Part shown: positions 51,000 through 61,478 of the stretch, in pieces
How the letters are laid out: every line of letters starts with the position of its first letter
How positions within the stretch are numbered: the stretch's first letter is position 1
From: Basidiobolus meristosporus CBS 931.73
Lineage: Eukaryota; Fungi; Basidiobolomycota
DNA length: 64,000 nt
Assembly (NCBI GenBank): GCA_002104905.1
Contig: MCFE01000204.1
Location: 62,001-126,000 of the forward strand
Reading direction: 5' to 3'
The notes under the pieces: generated by a model
Seen by the model: only the letters and a program-made list of their open reading frames with translations
What the model was told of the DNA's origin: nothing
The model's database searches: none
Translations under genes and position numbers: made by a program

Positions 51000-51830
51000 A
51001 TATTCAGGACTTCACTGTTCCAGTGAATTATTCTTTGTCCTACATAATTGATCTACAGGAAATGCTTCATAGCTTGACAAACAGTCAAATAGAAGCTTGG
51101 GATATACAACCATCTCAGGCATTGGATTACATAACTTCTGCATGGTTCCGGTAATTGGATTCTGAGCTAAGATTGCATTGAGGCTAAGAATATGCAAGAA
51201 TACTGTAGCCTGGTGACTCTAGTAAGATCCTAGGGAATACTGGAAACAATTTGGAGAGCTGGAAGAAATGCAAGATATTCACTAGTTACCCTATTGGGCT
51301 CAAGTAAAGCACTTATACCATCAAGCTAACTTTGTCACACTATTGATAAAAATACTCTAAGAAATATTCCAGAAAGCTTTGTTCAAAGTTCGAATGCTTT
51401 TGGGAAAGCTTGAAAATGTCAATAGCTTCCAGGCCTTTACTTGTACTAAGAACTTGCAAATAACTTACAGGCCAAATACCTGAAACAGTGACTTGACATT
51501 GTGTTTTCATGGAGGATATACTCCAAAAGATCTTTCGTAATGATAAACTGCACAAGTTTGCATGCAGAAATATTACCCCATTTGAACTATCAGCAGCTTA
51601 TTAGCTTAGTCAGACATTTCAGTGGGGCACTATGCAAATAATATATACAAATCAGCAGATGTTCTACTTTGACTAAGCTTACAAATTATCAATAATATAG
51701 ATTAGAAGCATTGTCTTGTTGTAAAAGCTCTGGAGAAACTGAAACTTACACTGCAGCTAAGCATAGTGTTACATCCAATGCTTGTAGCTAGATTATATTA
51801 TCCAGCTTAGTTACTCTCTCAGAGAACATG
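51000..51830 (+). pseudogene. Heavily decayed copia RT/RNase H remnant
   Basis: Fragments YQQLISL and CCKSSGETETYTAA resemble copia RT YxxLIGSL and RNase H VAxSSxEAEYxAA. Confidence 0.45.
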
Positions 51831-51895
51831 TTAGTTTCATATTTAATACAAATATTCTACAGAGTCAAGTATTTATTTGCACCCCAAGCACATTA

Positions 51896-52237
51896 TCTTA
51901 TAAGAGTCTCAGAGCTGTTGGAAATGACAACAAGAAGTGGATATATGGATTTCACTCATTGATTTATTGATTGTAAGAGTAGTATTTATACTTTTACATG
52001 GTTTGTCAGAACAAATACACAGCAAATGTTAATAAAGATTTCAACAATATGTGTGTGAAGCTTCAGGCTACTTGGACAACTTTGAGAGATTACATGTACT
52101 GAGTACCAGAAGTAATGATGAAATATCACAAGTCAATCCCAATAAGGTATCTGTGAAGAATTCTCTAAGATTTGTAGATTATGATTTTGGCAATTAAGTT
52201 TGGTGAATATTTAGGTGTAAATACAGAATTTACAACA
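51896..52237 (-). repeat. LTR copy (3' LTR of a minus-strand copia element), about 342 bp, preceded by a polypurine tract
   Basis: The minus strand reads GTTGAGCAGGAA (52249-52238) then TGTTGTAAATTC..CACCTAAATATTCACC. The far terminus is degenerate. Confidence 0.85.
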
Positions 52238-52259
52238 TTCCTGCTCAACTAAACATTCA

Positions 52260-52700
52260 TATTAACTAGTCCTAACTGTTATCTGAGATATTCAAGCTTG
52301 TCACTAGCCAATAGCTTGATGAACATATCTGCAATCATTTCATCTGTAGGAGAGTACACTAAGTTGACCAAGTAATTCACAATAGCTTTTCATATGAAAT
52401 AATACATAATATATATGCTCATGGCTCTGGTACCCAAATTTGGATTTCTATCAAATTCCCAAAGAAAATCTCAATGTTGGAGTTAAATAGATTTTTACCT
52501 ATCATTCAGCTAGTGCAGCTGCAATATCTGTTGAAAGTAATGTGCAGGTGCTCACTAAACTTGGTACAAGTTCCAGCTGACTGCTTGGCTGCTATAGAGC
52601 TTGTACCTGAGCTGATGAAAGTTGGCACTTTTGGGAAAATTGAGATTCAGTTAATATTCTGAAGGTGTTCTGCTGACATTTTCTTGATTTTTCTCTTAGG
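52260..52700 (-). pseudogene. Copia RNase H remnant
   Basis: The minus strand gives LVYSPTDEMIADMFIKLL..KLEYLR.QLGL (copia TxxxxADxxTKxL end motif) directly before the PPT and LTR. Confidence 0.8.
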
Positions 52701-52821
52701 GAGTTATATATATCCTTGATTAGCTTAAAATAATGCAGTAGGAGGTTTTTGACATAGGCTTAGATTTTTAGAGAGCTTTCTTAGCCACATAGCTACTTTT
52801 GTAGCCTCACAGGCTACCATA

Positions 52822-53030
52822 TGTTGCAAGAGTTTTGGAAGTATTAGCATTAACTGGGAGAACATCAATTATATGGTTTACCTAATGATTCATTGAGCAT
52901 ATAAGAGGTATTTAAATATTTACGCAGTCTTGGTAGGGCAGCACATAGCAAATGTCCAAGAAGGTCCCCAGAGCATTTGTGCAAAGTTTGCGGCTGTCAG
53001 GACAACTTTGCAAAATTTCATATTCTTATA
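52822..53030 (-). repeat. Truncated LTR copy
   Basis: TGTTGCAAGAG..GGGAGAAC..GGTCCCCAGAGCATTTGTGCAAAGTTTG matches the reverse complement of the LTR 3' part. Confidence 0.7.
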
Positions 53031-53259
53031 GTCCAGTTCTCTTGCTTAAGAGTATCTTTTAGCTACAAGTCTTGCTTTGTACCTTGCAATTATACAATTG
53101 ACCTTGTATCTTGTCCTGAAGATACATTTGCATGCATTTGAATTTTGGCTGATTGGTAACTTATCATGTTCCAAGCTAGATTTTCCATCAGAGCCTGATT
53201 CTCCTCAGTCATTGCAGATCACCAAAGCTTTGTCTAAGGGCTGTTCTGGACCTCTTTCA

Positions 53260-53604
53260 TGTTGTGAAAATTTGTAATTCCACCTAAATATTCACCTAAC
53301 TAAGTGACTAAGATAATTACCCATAAATCTTAGATAATACTGACTAAATTCTTTGTTAGGACTTGGAATATTTTCACCAAAACATCAGATACCCAGAACA
53401 TGATAATTCTTAAAGTTATCCAAACAACCCCAAGCTTTGCATGCATGCTCTTGGGACCTTTTTAAACAAATTCTATGTGTTTGTTATGTCAAGATCATGT
53501 AAAGTTATTGATACTACTTTCACATTCAATCAATCATTAGGTGAGTACCACATAATCCACTTGTTGTCTCAATCACTTCCAATATCTCCAAGACTCTTAC
53601 AAAA
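53260..53604 (+). repeat. LTR copy, probably solo (345 bp)
   Basis: TGTTGTGAAAATTTGTAATTCCACCTAAATATTCACC ... CCAATATCTCCAAGACTCTTACAAAA. Flanks TTTCA/CTGCA only partly match. Confidence 0.88.
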
Positions 53605-53699
53605 CTGCAATGTCTGGTGCTCAGCAATATGTGCTCAGTAGATATAGGCTAAGCTTGGGCCCTCATTGATATGTAAATGTGGACTAATTCTTATTGAAT

Positions 53700-54700
53700 T
53701 CATCTTTGGCCTTGTATTATTGGATTGATCACTTCTGGGATATTCCTGGGCACTGAATTAGGCTGAACCACATTTGTAGAGTCTTCTGCAGTAAGAAAAT
53801 TAGCATTGTTTTGCTCTGATTTAATCCTGACTATTGGCAGACTGAATATTGGATTTTTGTAATCATCTGATGTCATTTTTTGTGCATATTCTGAAATTTC
53901 ATCAAACAACAAATGCTTAGGCTTGTTTGCTTCAGTTTTATAGAGTCTGTATACCTTACTCTCATTGCAATGGCCCAAAAATATGCATTTCCACTTTTTG
54001 GCTCTAGTTTTGACTGACTTCCAGAGTTTCTTAGCATTGCTCCAATTCAGCAATGAATATTGGTGGACTTGATATTAGGATTCATCATTAGGAAGTAAAT
54101 ATTTTTGTGAGAATTTTGTGCTCTGTGCAAACAGCACATTGCTGGACTTGATCAGCTTTATTGCTTTGATATTGTAGAATCTGTATACCTGACTTTCACT
54201 GCAATAGCCCCAAAATAAACCTTTTGCACTTTAGGATACATATTTTAGCTGATATCCAAGCAGTTTTTTATCACATGTGGTGCAACCATATATCCTTGAA
54301 TACTCAACACTTGGCTATATCTATAACAATCCTCAAATGGGGGAAAATAACAAGGTATTCTGTTACAACTCCTATTTCTACACATTTTCAGCTGTAGAAA
54401 CTAATTCTGCCAAAAAATACTAGAATGATGCTTGATCATGGATGATAGATCTTGCCAACTCAGTTACTGATCAGTTTGCACATTCTGACACCTCATTTTG
54501 CTGTGGAAAGTATGGTGCAGTGGTGGCCAGCTTTATCCCATGAATTCTGCAGAAGTGGATGTTGAGTTTGTGGCTATATTCTCTACCATTCCCTATGAGT
54601 AGCAAATGTGGTGTTCCCAGCAAAAGTGCATAACAACTTTTAAATCCAGTAACTAAGGGGTATTGATACCACCAGGTCAACATGCAAAAACTAACCAAAA
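53700..54700 (-). pseudogene. Copia integrase C-terminal and SH3-like linker remnants
   Basis: NGREYS..GIKLATTAPYFPQQNEVSE; RIYGC..KGLFWGYCSESQVYRFYN..SSNVLF; and a second KCIFLGHCNESKVYRLY. Confidence 0.85.
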
Positions 54701-55274
54701 AAACTGCACCTTTGATCTCTCAAAAAACCTGGTCCAAATTTCTCATCACAGTAATTGCTAAGTGACCAATGATTGGTTCTCTGCTAGTCCTCTAACTTTC
54801 TGATCCTGGGCACTTGATCATCACCTACATTTGTGCACAATGATTGGCTATCACCTCCCTTTCATACTCCTTACTTTCTGACTTAATCAGTACTCTTACC
54901 TTTGATGCATACATGTCAATATATCTCCATTGAATCTTCATTTCTAGCTCAATTGCCAATTGTGCAGACCTTTACAAGCCCCTATGCCCAAAACATACAT
55001 AAGCCTAACCTCATAGTCTATATGAAACTTCATAGAAATTTGCCATTCAATAAGCGTCTCTGATTTAACACCCTTTGCCCATGACTTTGCCTTATGAAAG
55101 ATAACTTGGTCCTACAGGTGGTTCTAATCCAAACCAATCACTGGATCCTGCAATGAGGCCATTATAATGCCAGTGGCTTGGAGTTATTGACCCTCTTGGC
55201 AATCTTATGGTAGGATTGTGTTAGTGACTTACTGTTTTTACTGCTATATAAAGTAATAAACTTGATAGTGTATC

Positions 55275-55621
55275 TGTTGTCAAAATTTGTAGCTCCACCT
55301 AAATATTCACCTAACTAAGTGACCAAGATCTTTATCCATAAGTTCTAGAGAATACTGACCAAGTCCCTTGTCAGGATTTACTAGGAATACTTTCATCAAA
55401 CTATCAGGTACCCATAACATGAAAATTCTCATAGTTGTCCAAACTGCCCCAAACTTTGCGCACATGCTCTTGGGACCTTTATAAAAGTATCCTATGCATT
55501 TGCTGTGCCAAGACCATGTAAAGTATAAATAGTACTTTATATTGAATAAATCATCAAGAAAAAACCACATAATCTACTTGTTCTCTCAAACATTTCCAAT
55601 ATATCCTAGACTAATATGGCA
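55275..55621 (+). repeat. LTR copy acting as 5' LTR of a plus-strand copia fragment (347 bp)
   Basis: TGTTGTCAAAATTTGTAGCTCCACCTAAATATTCACC..., followed by the degenerate PBS GGTTTTAAGCCC (55622-55633). Confidence 0.85.
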
Positions 55622-55651
55622 GGTTTTAAGCCCCAAGCTCTCACTCCTATA

Positions 55652-56400
55652 ATGTCTACTACTGTTTAAACTGGAATCTTGCTATCTGCTAACAAGTTGA
55701 CTGTAGCTAAACAAAAAGTCTGGAAGGTGAAGATAAAGATGCTGCTACAGGAAAGAGGCCATCACAATATTGCTATACAACAAGAATGCCCTCCTACAAA
55801 AGTAGGTAAGGAAGCCTTAAAGCACCAAAGAACAATGAATCTTTGACTGCATTTGCCTTGATGATAAAGACAACTTGCTAATTCAATGCCCTAGAGCAAA
55901 ATCAGCAAATAATACCTGGAAGTATTAAAGGCATCTACTAGTCATGTTCAGCTGCTAAGAAGATGAACAATAAACATAAACTCTTTACTACAAAATGCTA
56001 CCAGGGGAATAATTGAAAAATCTAATTAACAGAATCACCCTATTAATTGATGATATAGAATCAGTGGTTATATCAGCTATTGTTAAAGATGTGATAGTTA
56101 CCTTCCTGAATAGCCTGACCAACAAGTCTCTGTGACTTGTATTAGTCCCAGAGTCCAGAACTGAAGATTTGACCTTATATTACATATGTGGAAGGCTCCT
56201 AGACAACAAATGAAGAAGCTATAGCATTAATGAGAAGGAAGAAGAAAATGCTTTAATGAGTAATGATAACCAGCAAAGAAGGTACTTAAGACCTTTTGAA
56301 TACAACAGCAACTTGATTTGCAGCTACTGCAAAAGGAAAGGACACACATTAGACCAGTTCCTCCAAAAGAGAGGTAATCAGTAGAAACAGCCTGAATATG
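55652..56400 (+). pseudogene. Copia gag remnant with zinc knuckle
   Basis: KLTVAKQKVWKVKIKMLLQERG (copia gag N-terminus), AKSANNTWK, and decayed CCHC knuckle CSYCKRKGHTLDQF. Confidence 0.8.
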
Positions 56401-56429
56401 GAAATGCTGCAACAGCTGAAGATACACTG

Positions 56430-57960
56430 TTAACCATAAGATAATTTTTGATAATTGACTATAGATCTTGCCATATCAATAATTGATATATTTGCATGCT
56501 CAGACACTCCATTTGTTGTGGGGAATATGGTATAGTAGCCTCTTGGTTTATCCCATGAGCTTGAAGTAGTGGATAAAGGATATATACTTCAACCATTGTC
56601 AGAGTGCATATTCTTAACTTTTTCACCAGTTTCTCTCTCCACTATAGCTCTGAGCTCCCTGAACATAGACATAGCTTCATCCTTTCTTTCCATGTAGTAC
56701 ACCCAAATGTGTCTTGTATAAACAGCAATAATGGTATTAAAATACTTCCTCCTCCCTAAATATTTATTTTGCATTGGTCCACACAGATATGAGTGAATTA
56801 GATCTAATTTATAGCCTAGAGCTACTGGACAGGTGTCTGGCTTATATCCCATGTGTGCAGGCTTTACAGTACTTCAAATATGCTAGGGGATCAATTTTTA
56901 CTCTGGAAATTAGCTGATCTCTGATTGTCTTGTTCAAGTAAGCAAAATTATTATGTCCAAATCTCCTGTGGCAAGGCATTGGTGTCTCCTCATTTAAGCT
57001 ACATATACTGGCTTCCAAATATGATGGAATATAAGTCAGCTTGCATAGATTCTGATCTCTGGCACACAATGCAAAATGAGCACCACTTTGATCAGTGACC
57101 CTGCATCCAGAATTATCAGAACTGAAACCAAGTCCTTCCGCTGTGGTCTTGCTTGCAGATAGTAGGTTCTTGGCTATTTCTGATACAAAGGGTACTTCCT
57201 TGAAAGTCAGTGTGTAACTTCCTTGACTATATCTGAGGTTACCTTGAATAGTTCCCTTTCCAACTGCATGAAGTGCTTTATTGTAACCCATGAAAGCTTA
57301 CTGTGGCATTTAAAGGGTCTTGAATACCTTCTGTGTTAGTTATCATTGCTTACTAGAGCATTTTATTCTTCTGTCTTATTGGCACTTGCTTTTCTTGGTA
57401 CTTTACCCAGGAGCCTTGTGTATACATAGCTCAAGGTCAAGTATTCAGTTCTGGACTCTATGGCAGATGCAAGGCCCTGAAGCTTGTCAGCTTGGCTATT
57501 CATGATTGGGATAATCACATCTTTTTCAGTGGCTGGTACACCAACTGATTCCATCTCATCAACCAATTGGGTAACTCTACTAATTAAATTTCTCATAGTT
57601 TCTCATGTCAGCATCTTAGTAGTAAAGAACACCTGTCTAAGAAACATATTCATAGCAGCTGCACATGACTGTCAGGTGTCTTCTAATGCCTTCCAGGCAT
57701 TTCTATCATCTTTGCTCTTGAGCACTGAATTAGGAATTTGTCTTTGAAAATGAGGCCAATACAGTAAGAAGTGCTTTGTTCTCCATGCTGGTACTTTTGG
57801 TCTATTTCTCCTATGGTTTAAGAAGGGCATTCTTCTCCCAAAACAATGTCCCAAGGGCCTCTTTTCTGTAGCAACATCTTCATCTTCACCTTTCAGACTT
57901 GGTAGTTTAGTCTGTCTAACTTTTCAACAGAAAGTAAATTCCAGTAATAACAGTAGTAAA
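56430..57960 (-). pseudogene. Copia gag-pol remnant (gag, protease-adjacent region, pre-integrase, integrase core)
   Basis: LISRVTQLVDEMESVG..LTLSYVYTRLL; VPFVSEIAKNLLS; HRRFGH..CKAC; LDLIHSYLCGPM..YTRHIWVYYM..KVKNMHSDNG. Confidence 0.92.
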
Positions 57961-57982
57961 TATCATAGAGAGTGACAGCATG

Positions 57983-57994
57983 GGGCTCATAACC
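57983..57994 (-). other. Primer-binding site complementary to the anticodon arm of initiator tRNA-Met (half-tRNA priming, Ty5/copia type)
   Basis: The minus strand reads LTR-CAACA then GGTTATGAGCCC, the reverse complement of GGGCUCAUAACC in fungal tRNAiMet. Confidence 0.9.
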
Positions 57995-58250
57995 TGTTGT
58001 AAGAGTCTTGGAGATATATGATGTCATTGGGAGGGCAAGGGATTATGTGGTTATTACTTAATGATTCATTGGATGTAATAGTATTATTGATACTGCTACA
58101 TAATCTTGGCAAAGCTAACATATAGAGTATGTTTGTGAAGGTCCCAAGAGCATGTGTGCAAAGTTTGGGGTTGCTTGAGCAGCTTTGAGAGATTTCATGC
58201 TCTTGGTACCTGATATTTTGGTGATATAATTCCAAGTACACCCCAATAAG

Positions 58251-58952
58251 TGTTGTAAGAGTCTTGGAGATATTGGAAGTGACTGGGAGAACAAGTAGAT
58301 TATGTGGTTTTCATTCATTAATTTATTGAATGTAAAGTAGTATTTATACTTTTACATGGTCCTGGCTTAACAAACATGTAGAATGTTGTAGAAATTTGTA
58401 ATTCCACCTAAATATTCACCTAACTTAGTCACTTAGATCATTACCTTCAAATCCTAGAGAATACTGACCAAATTCCTTATCAGGATTTGCTTAGAATATT
58501 TTCACCAAAATACCTGGTACCCAGAACATGAGAATTCTCAAAGCTGTCCAAACAGCCCCAAACTTTGTACACATGCTCTTGGGACCTTCCTTAATCTATT
58601 TTACATGTTTATAATGCCAAGACCAGGTAAATGTATAAATACTACTTTTACATTCAATAAATCGCTAAGTGAAAACCACATAATCTACTTGTTCTCCCAA
58701 TCACTTCCAATATCTCCAGGACTCTTACAACATAGAATAGGTCAAAAAAGGTCCCAAGAACATGAGTGCAAAGTTTGGGGCTGTTTGGACAGCTATGAGA
58801 ATTTTCATGTTCTGGGTACTTGGTATTTTGGTGAAAATATTCTAAGCAAATCCTGACAAGGGGTTTAGTCAGCATTCCCTGTGATTAGAAGGTAATGATC
58901 TAAGTGACTAAGTTAGGTGAATATTTAGGTGGAATTACAAACTTTTACAACA
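58251..58952 (-). repeat. Solo LTR (about 348 bp net) with TSD ATAAG, itself interrupted
   Basis: ATAAG at 58246-58250 and 58953-58957 flanks TGTTG...CAACA. Confidence 0.93.
58384..58732 (+). repeat. Solo LTR (349 bp) with TSD TAGAA, innermost insertion
   Basis: TAGAA at 58379-58383 and 58733-58737 flanks TGTTG...CAACA. Confidence 0.95.
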
Positions 58953-59049
58953 ATAAGTACTTTGACCAGAATTCTTTAGATTTGTAGACTACAATCTAGG
59001 TGACTAAATTAAGTAACTATTTAGGTGTAATTACAAAATATACAACAAG

Positions 59050-59397
59050 TGTTGTAAGAGTCTTGGATATATTGGAATTGATTGGGAGAAAAAGTAGACT
59101 ATATGGTTTTCACTTAATGATCTATTGAATATAAAATTACTATTTATACTCTTGCATGATTGTGGCATAACAAACACATAGAAAAGGTTTAGGAAGATCC
59201 CAAGAACATGTGTGCCAAGCTGAGGGCTGTTTGGACAATTTATATAATTTTCATGCTTGGGGTACCAGATATTGGGTGAAAATATTCCAAGTAAATCCCA
59301 ACAAGGAATTTGGTCAGTATTTTCCAAAATTTGTAGGTCATGATCTAAGTGACTAAGTTAGGTGAATATTTAGGTAGAATTACAAACTTTTACAACA
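59050..59397 (-). repeat. Full LTR copy (348 bp)
   Basis: TGTTGTAAGAGTC...GAATTACAAACTTTTACAACA. No clean TSD (ACAAG versus AGAAC). Confidence 0.9.
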
Positions 59398-59597
59398 AGA
59401 ACATGTGTGCAAAGTTGTGGGTTCTTTGGGCAACATTGAGATTTCTCATGCACTGGGTAGCTAATATTATGGTGAAATATTACAAGTAAATCCCAACATG
59501 GAATCTAGGCCAAATTATCTACAATCTGTGGACTATGATATAAGTTACTTAGCTCAAGTGAATATTTAGATGTAAATACAAAATTTACAATTCAACA
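59398..59597 (-). repeat. Truncated, older LTR copy
   Basis: AGAACATGTGTGCAAAG...GTGAATATTTAGATGTAAATAC matches part of the LTR, with more substitutions. Confidence 0.75.
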
Positions 59598-61478
59598 TCC
59601 CTGCATTCATCAACTTGAAAGTATATGGCAGACATTTAGCACCATCTACTCTATCCATAACATGATCCCAATGAATATTTTCAGACTGAATTGGAGATCC
59701 AAATTAGACTTGTCAAGTGATAAATCTTGAGATATGGGCAGATAATCAGCAACCTGAGAATCACAAGAGAGGAAAAGTAAAAGTCATGAGTTGCCTTCAC
59801 TCCATTCCTGCACAATACACATATCAGTTGAAGCCCTCCTATTGTAGCACAACACTGATTACTCCAATGTTTTTGCAAGCTAAACTGCAACTGGAGGGGT
59901 GGATATGGCAGAAACCATCGATCCCTGAGAACTGATTTAAAGAGTGCTGCAACATACAGGGTTATAGGCAAACGAGGTGCCAAATCGAGTACATCATCAC
60001 CACTTCATCAGTAATGTTAGCTCGGGATTATAGTAATCATCCCGTACCCCGGCTTGACAACAACGGAACATGCTTCAAGTAGAATGTAGACCCATTCCCG
60101 CGTGATGAACACTCGTCAATTCGCGTACTCACCCGCCTGACTATATCGCAATTGAGCTACAGGGAAGATGCCAGGGATTGTTCTGTCCCCAGACAACCCA
60201 ATAAAATCCAGATTCAATAGATTGTTTTTCGCCACGGGGGCGCCGGAAGGACTGTGATTTTATGACCATTTCTGGTGTTTCGCTACCGAATAGAACGGCT
60301 GAAATCCAGCACTGTCGCCTTTGCGCTATTTGGCTTGGTGATTTCCAAAAAACCCTTGCGGCGAGCCATCAGAGTTTGCTTGGACGAAATCAATATGTAA
60401 CCTTATCTTTCCATCTCGTTTGTTGAACCATCATGGATGAGCCATCGATTACATCATTAATGGAATCGATCCATCGAAATGTAGGGAGGGTCATGATTCG
60501 CCAACCTCAACCTATTGCCATGCCCGATCCGTACATTCAATTGCGGGATGGCTGTGTGCTTCGTTCACCCAATTCTTTCCTTGTTGAGCACTAGTGCACC
60601 ATATCTTCGAGTAGGTGTCGTTCATGTAGGACCCCTCATATAGAGCGCAATGTAATACTGTGTCCTTGATCACAGAGTGCCAGCTGCTATCAAAGAGTCC
60701 ATCGTCTGTTTAACATTAAGGTCATGATACTAATCATTGGAAGGGTTTAATGTTCCGACGGATTTGGAAGGTCCACCTTTCGCAATGTGCCACAGCTCAG
60801 ATTACAATTAAATCCACCTTAGCGCTTTCGATCTCATTTCATGGCAGAGCAAGGCTCGATGCATATTAAAAATATGTTGGCTAGCGACTGTCCAGCCAAT
60901 TGCCACCGATAGATCCAGTGTTGCGATGAAACAATGACCTATCTATTATGGAAGTTGTGTATTCAGCGCTTTCAGATTGTATTAACGCATTCTATACCAG
61001 GGAGCGTGCTGAAGAGGATGCCGGAGGATGGGCATATATCCCTTTGCATTGGGGCGGCGATGTAGTTGGTCAGCCGAAGGATCTAACCGCTCCTTGGCGT
61101 AGCTATATTAATACCCATTGCTTAAAATTAAACCACCCGCCATAGGCTCGAGATGGGCGGATCTGTAGGCCTCGTTAGGTGCTCGTCATCTCCTCACGGC
61201 TGGCCATACCCTACAATTAAACGGACATTCTTATTAAGGAAGGCATTTGTCCCTCAACAAATACGATCTAAAATAGTGGATCCATTTCAATTATATCCAA
61301 ATGAGAAAAGGTTGGTACGCCAGCCCAACATTTGATATATTGGTGTACTCGATATTCTCGAGATATTGGCTTATTTCATATTAGCGTACACCTACCCCAA
61401 ACCTCATCCAATCTATAAATTTACTGATGCCTCCTCTGTTCGAACCATATCACTGTATTTCACATATTCTTTACAGCA

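Larger units (their letters stand above)
57995..59047 (-). repeat. 5' LTR of the minus-strand copia element (about 346 bp net), interrupted by two nested solo LTRs
   Basis: The halves 57995-58250 and 58953-59047 join into one LTR with TGTTG/CAACA termini, adjacent to the PBS. Confidence 0.9.
50700..59600. mobile_element. Island of decayed, nested Ty1/copia LTR retrotransposons
   Basis: Nine copies of one LTR, gag/integrase/RNase H remnants on both strands, many stops and frameshifts, AT-rich and nearly CpG-free. Confidence 0.95.

Noticed and set aside
57995-59600. Repeat cluster as a CRISPR-like or satellite array
   Set aside because: The units are ~345-bp LTRs with TG..CA ends, TSDs and mixed orientation.
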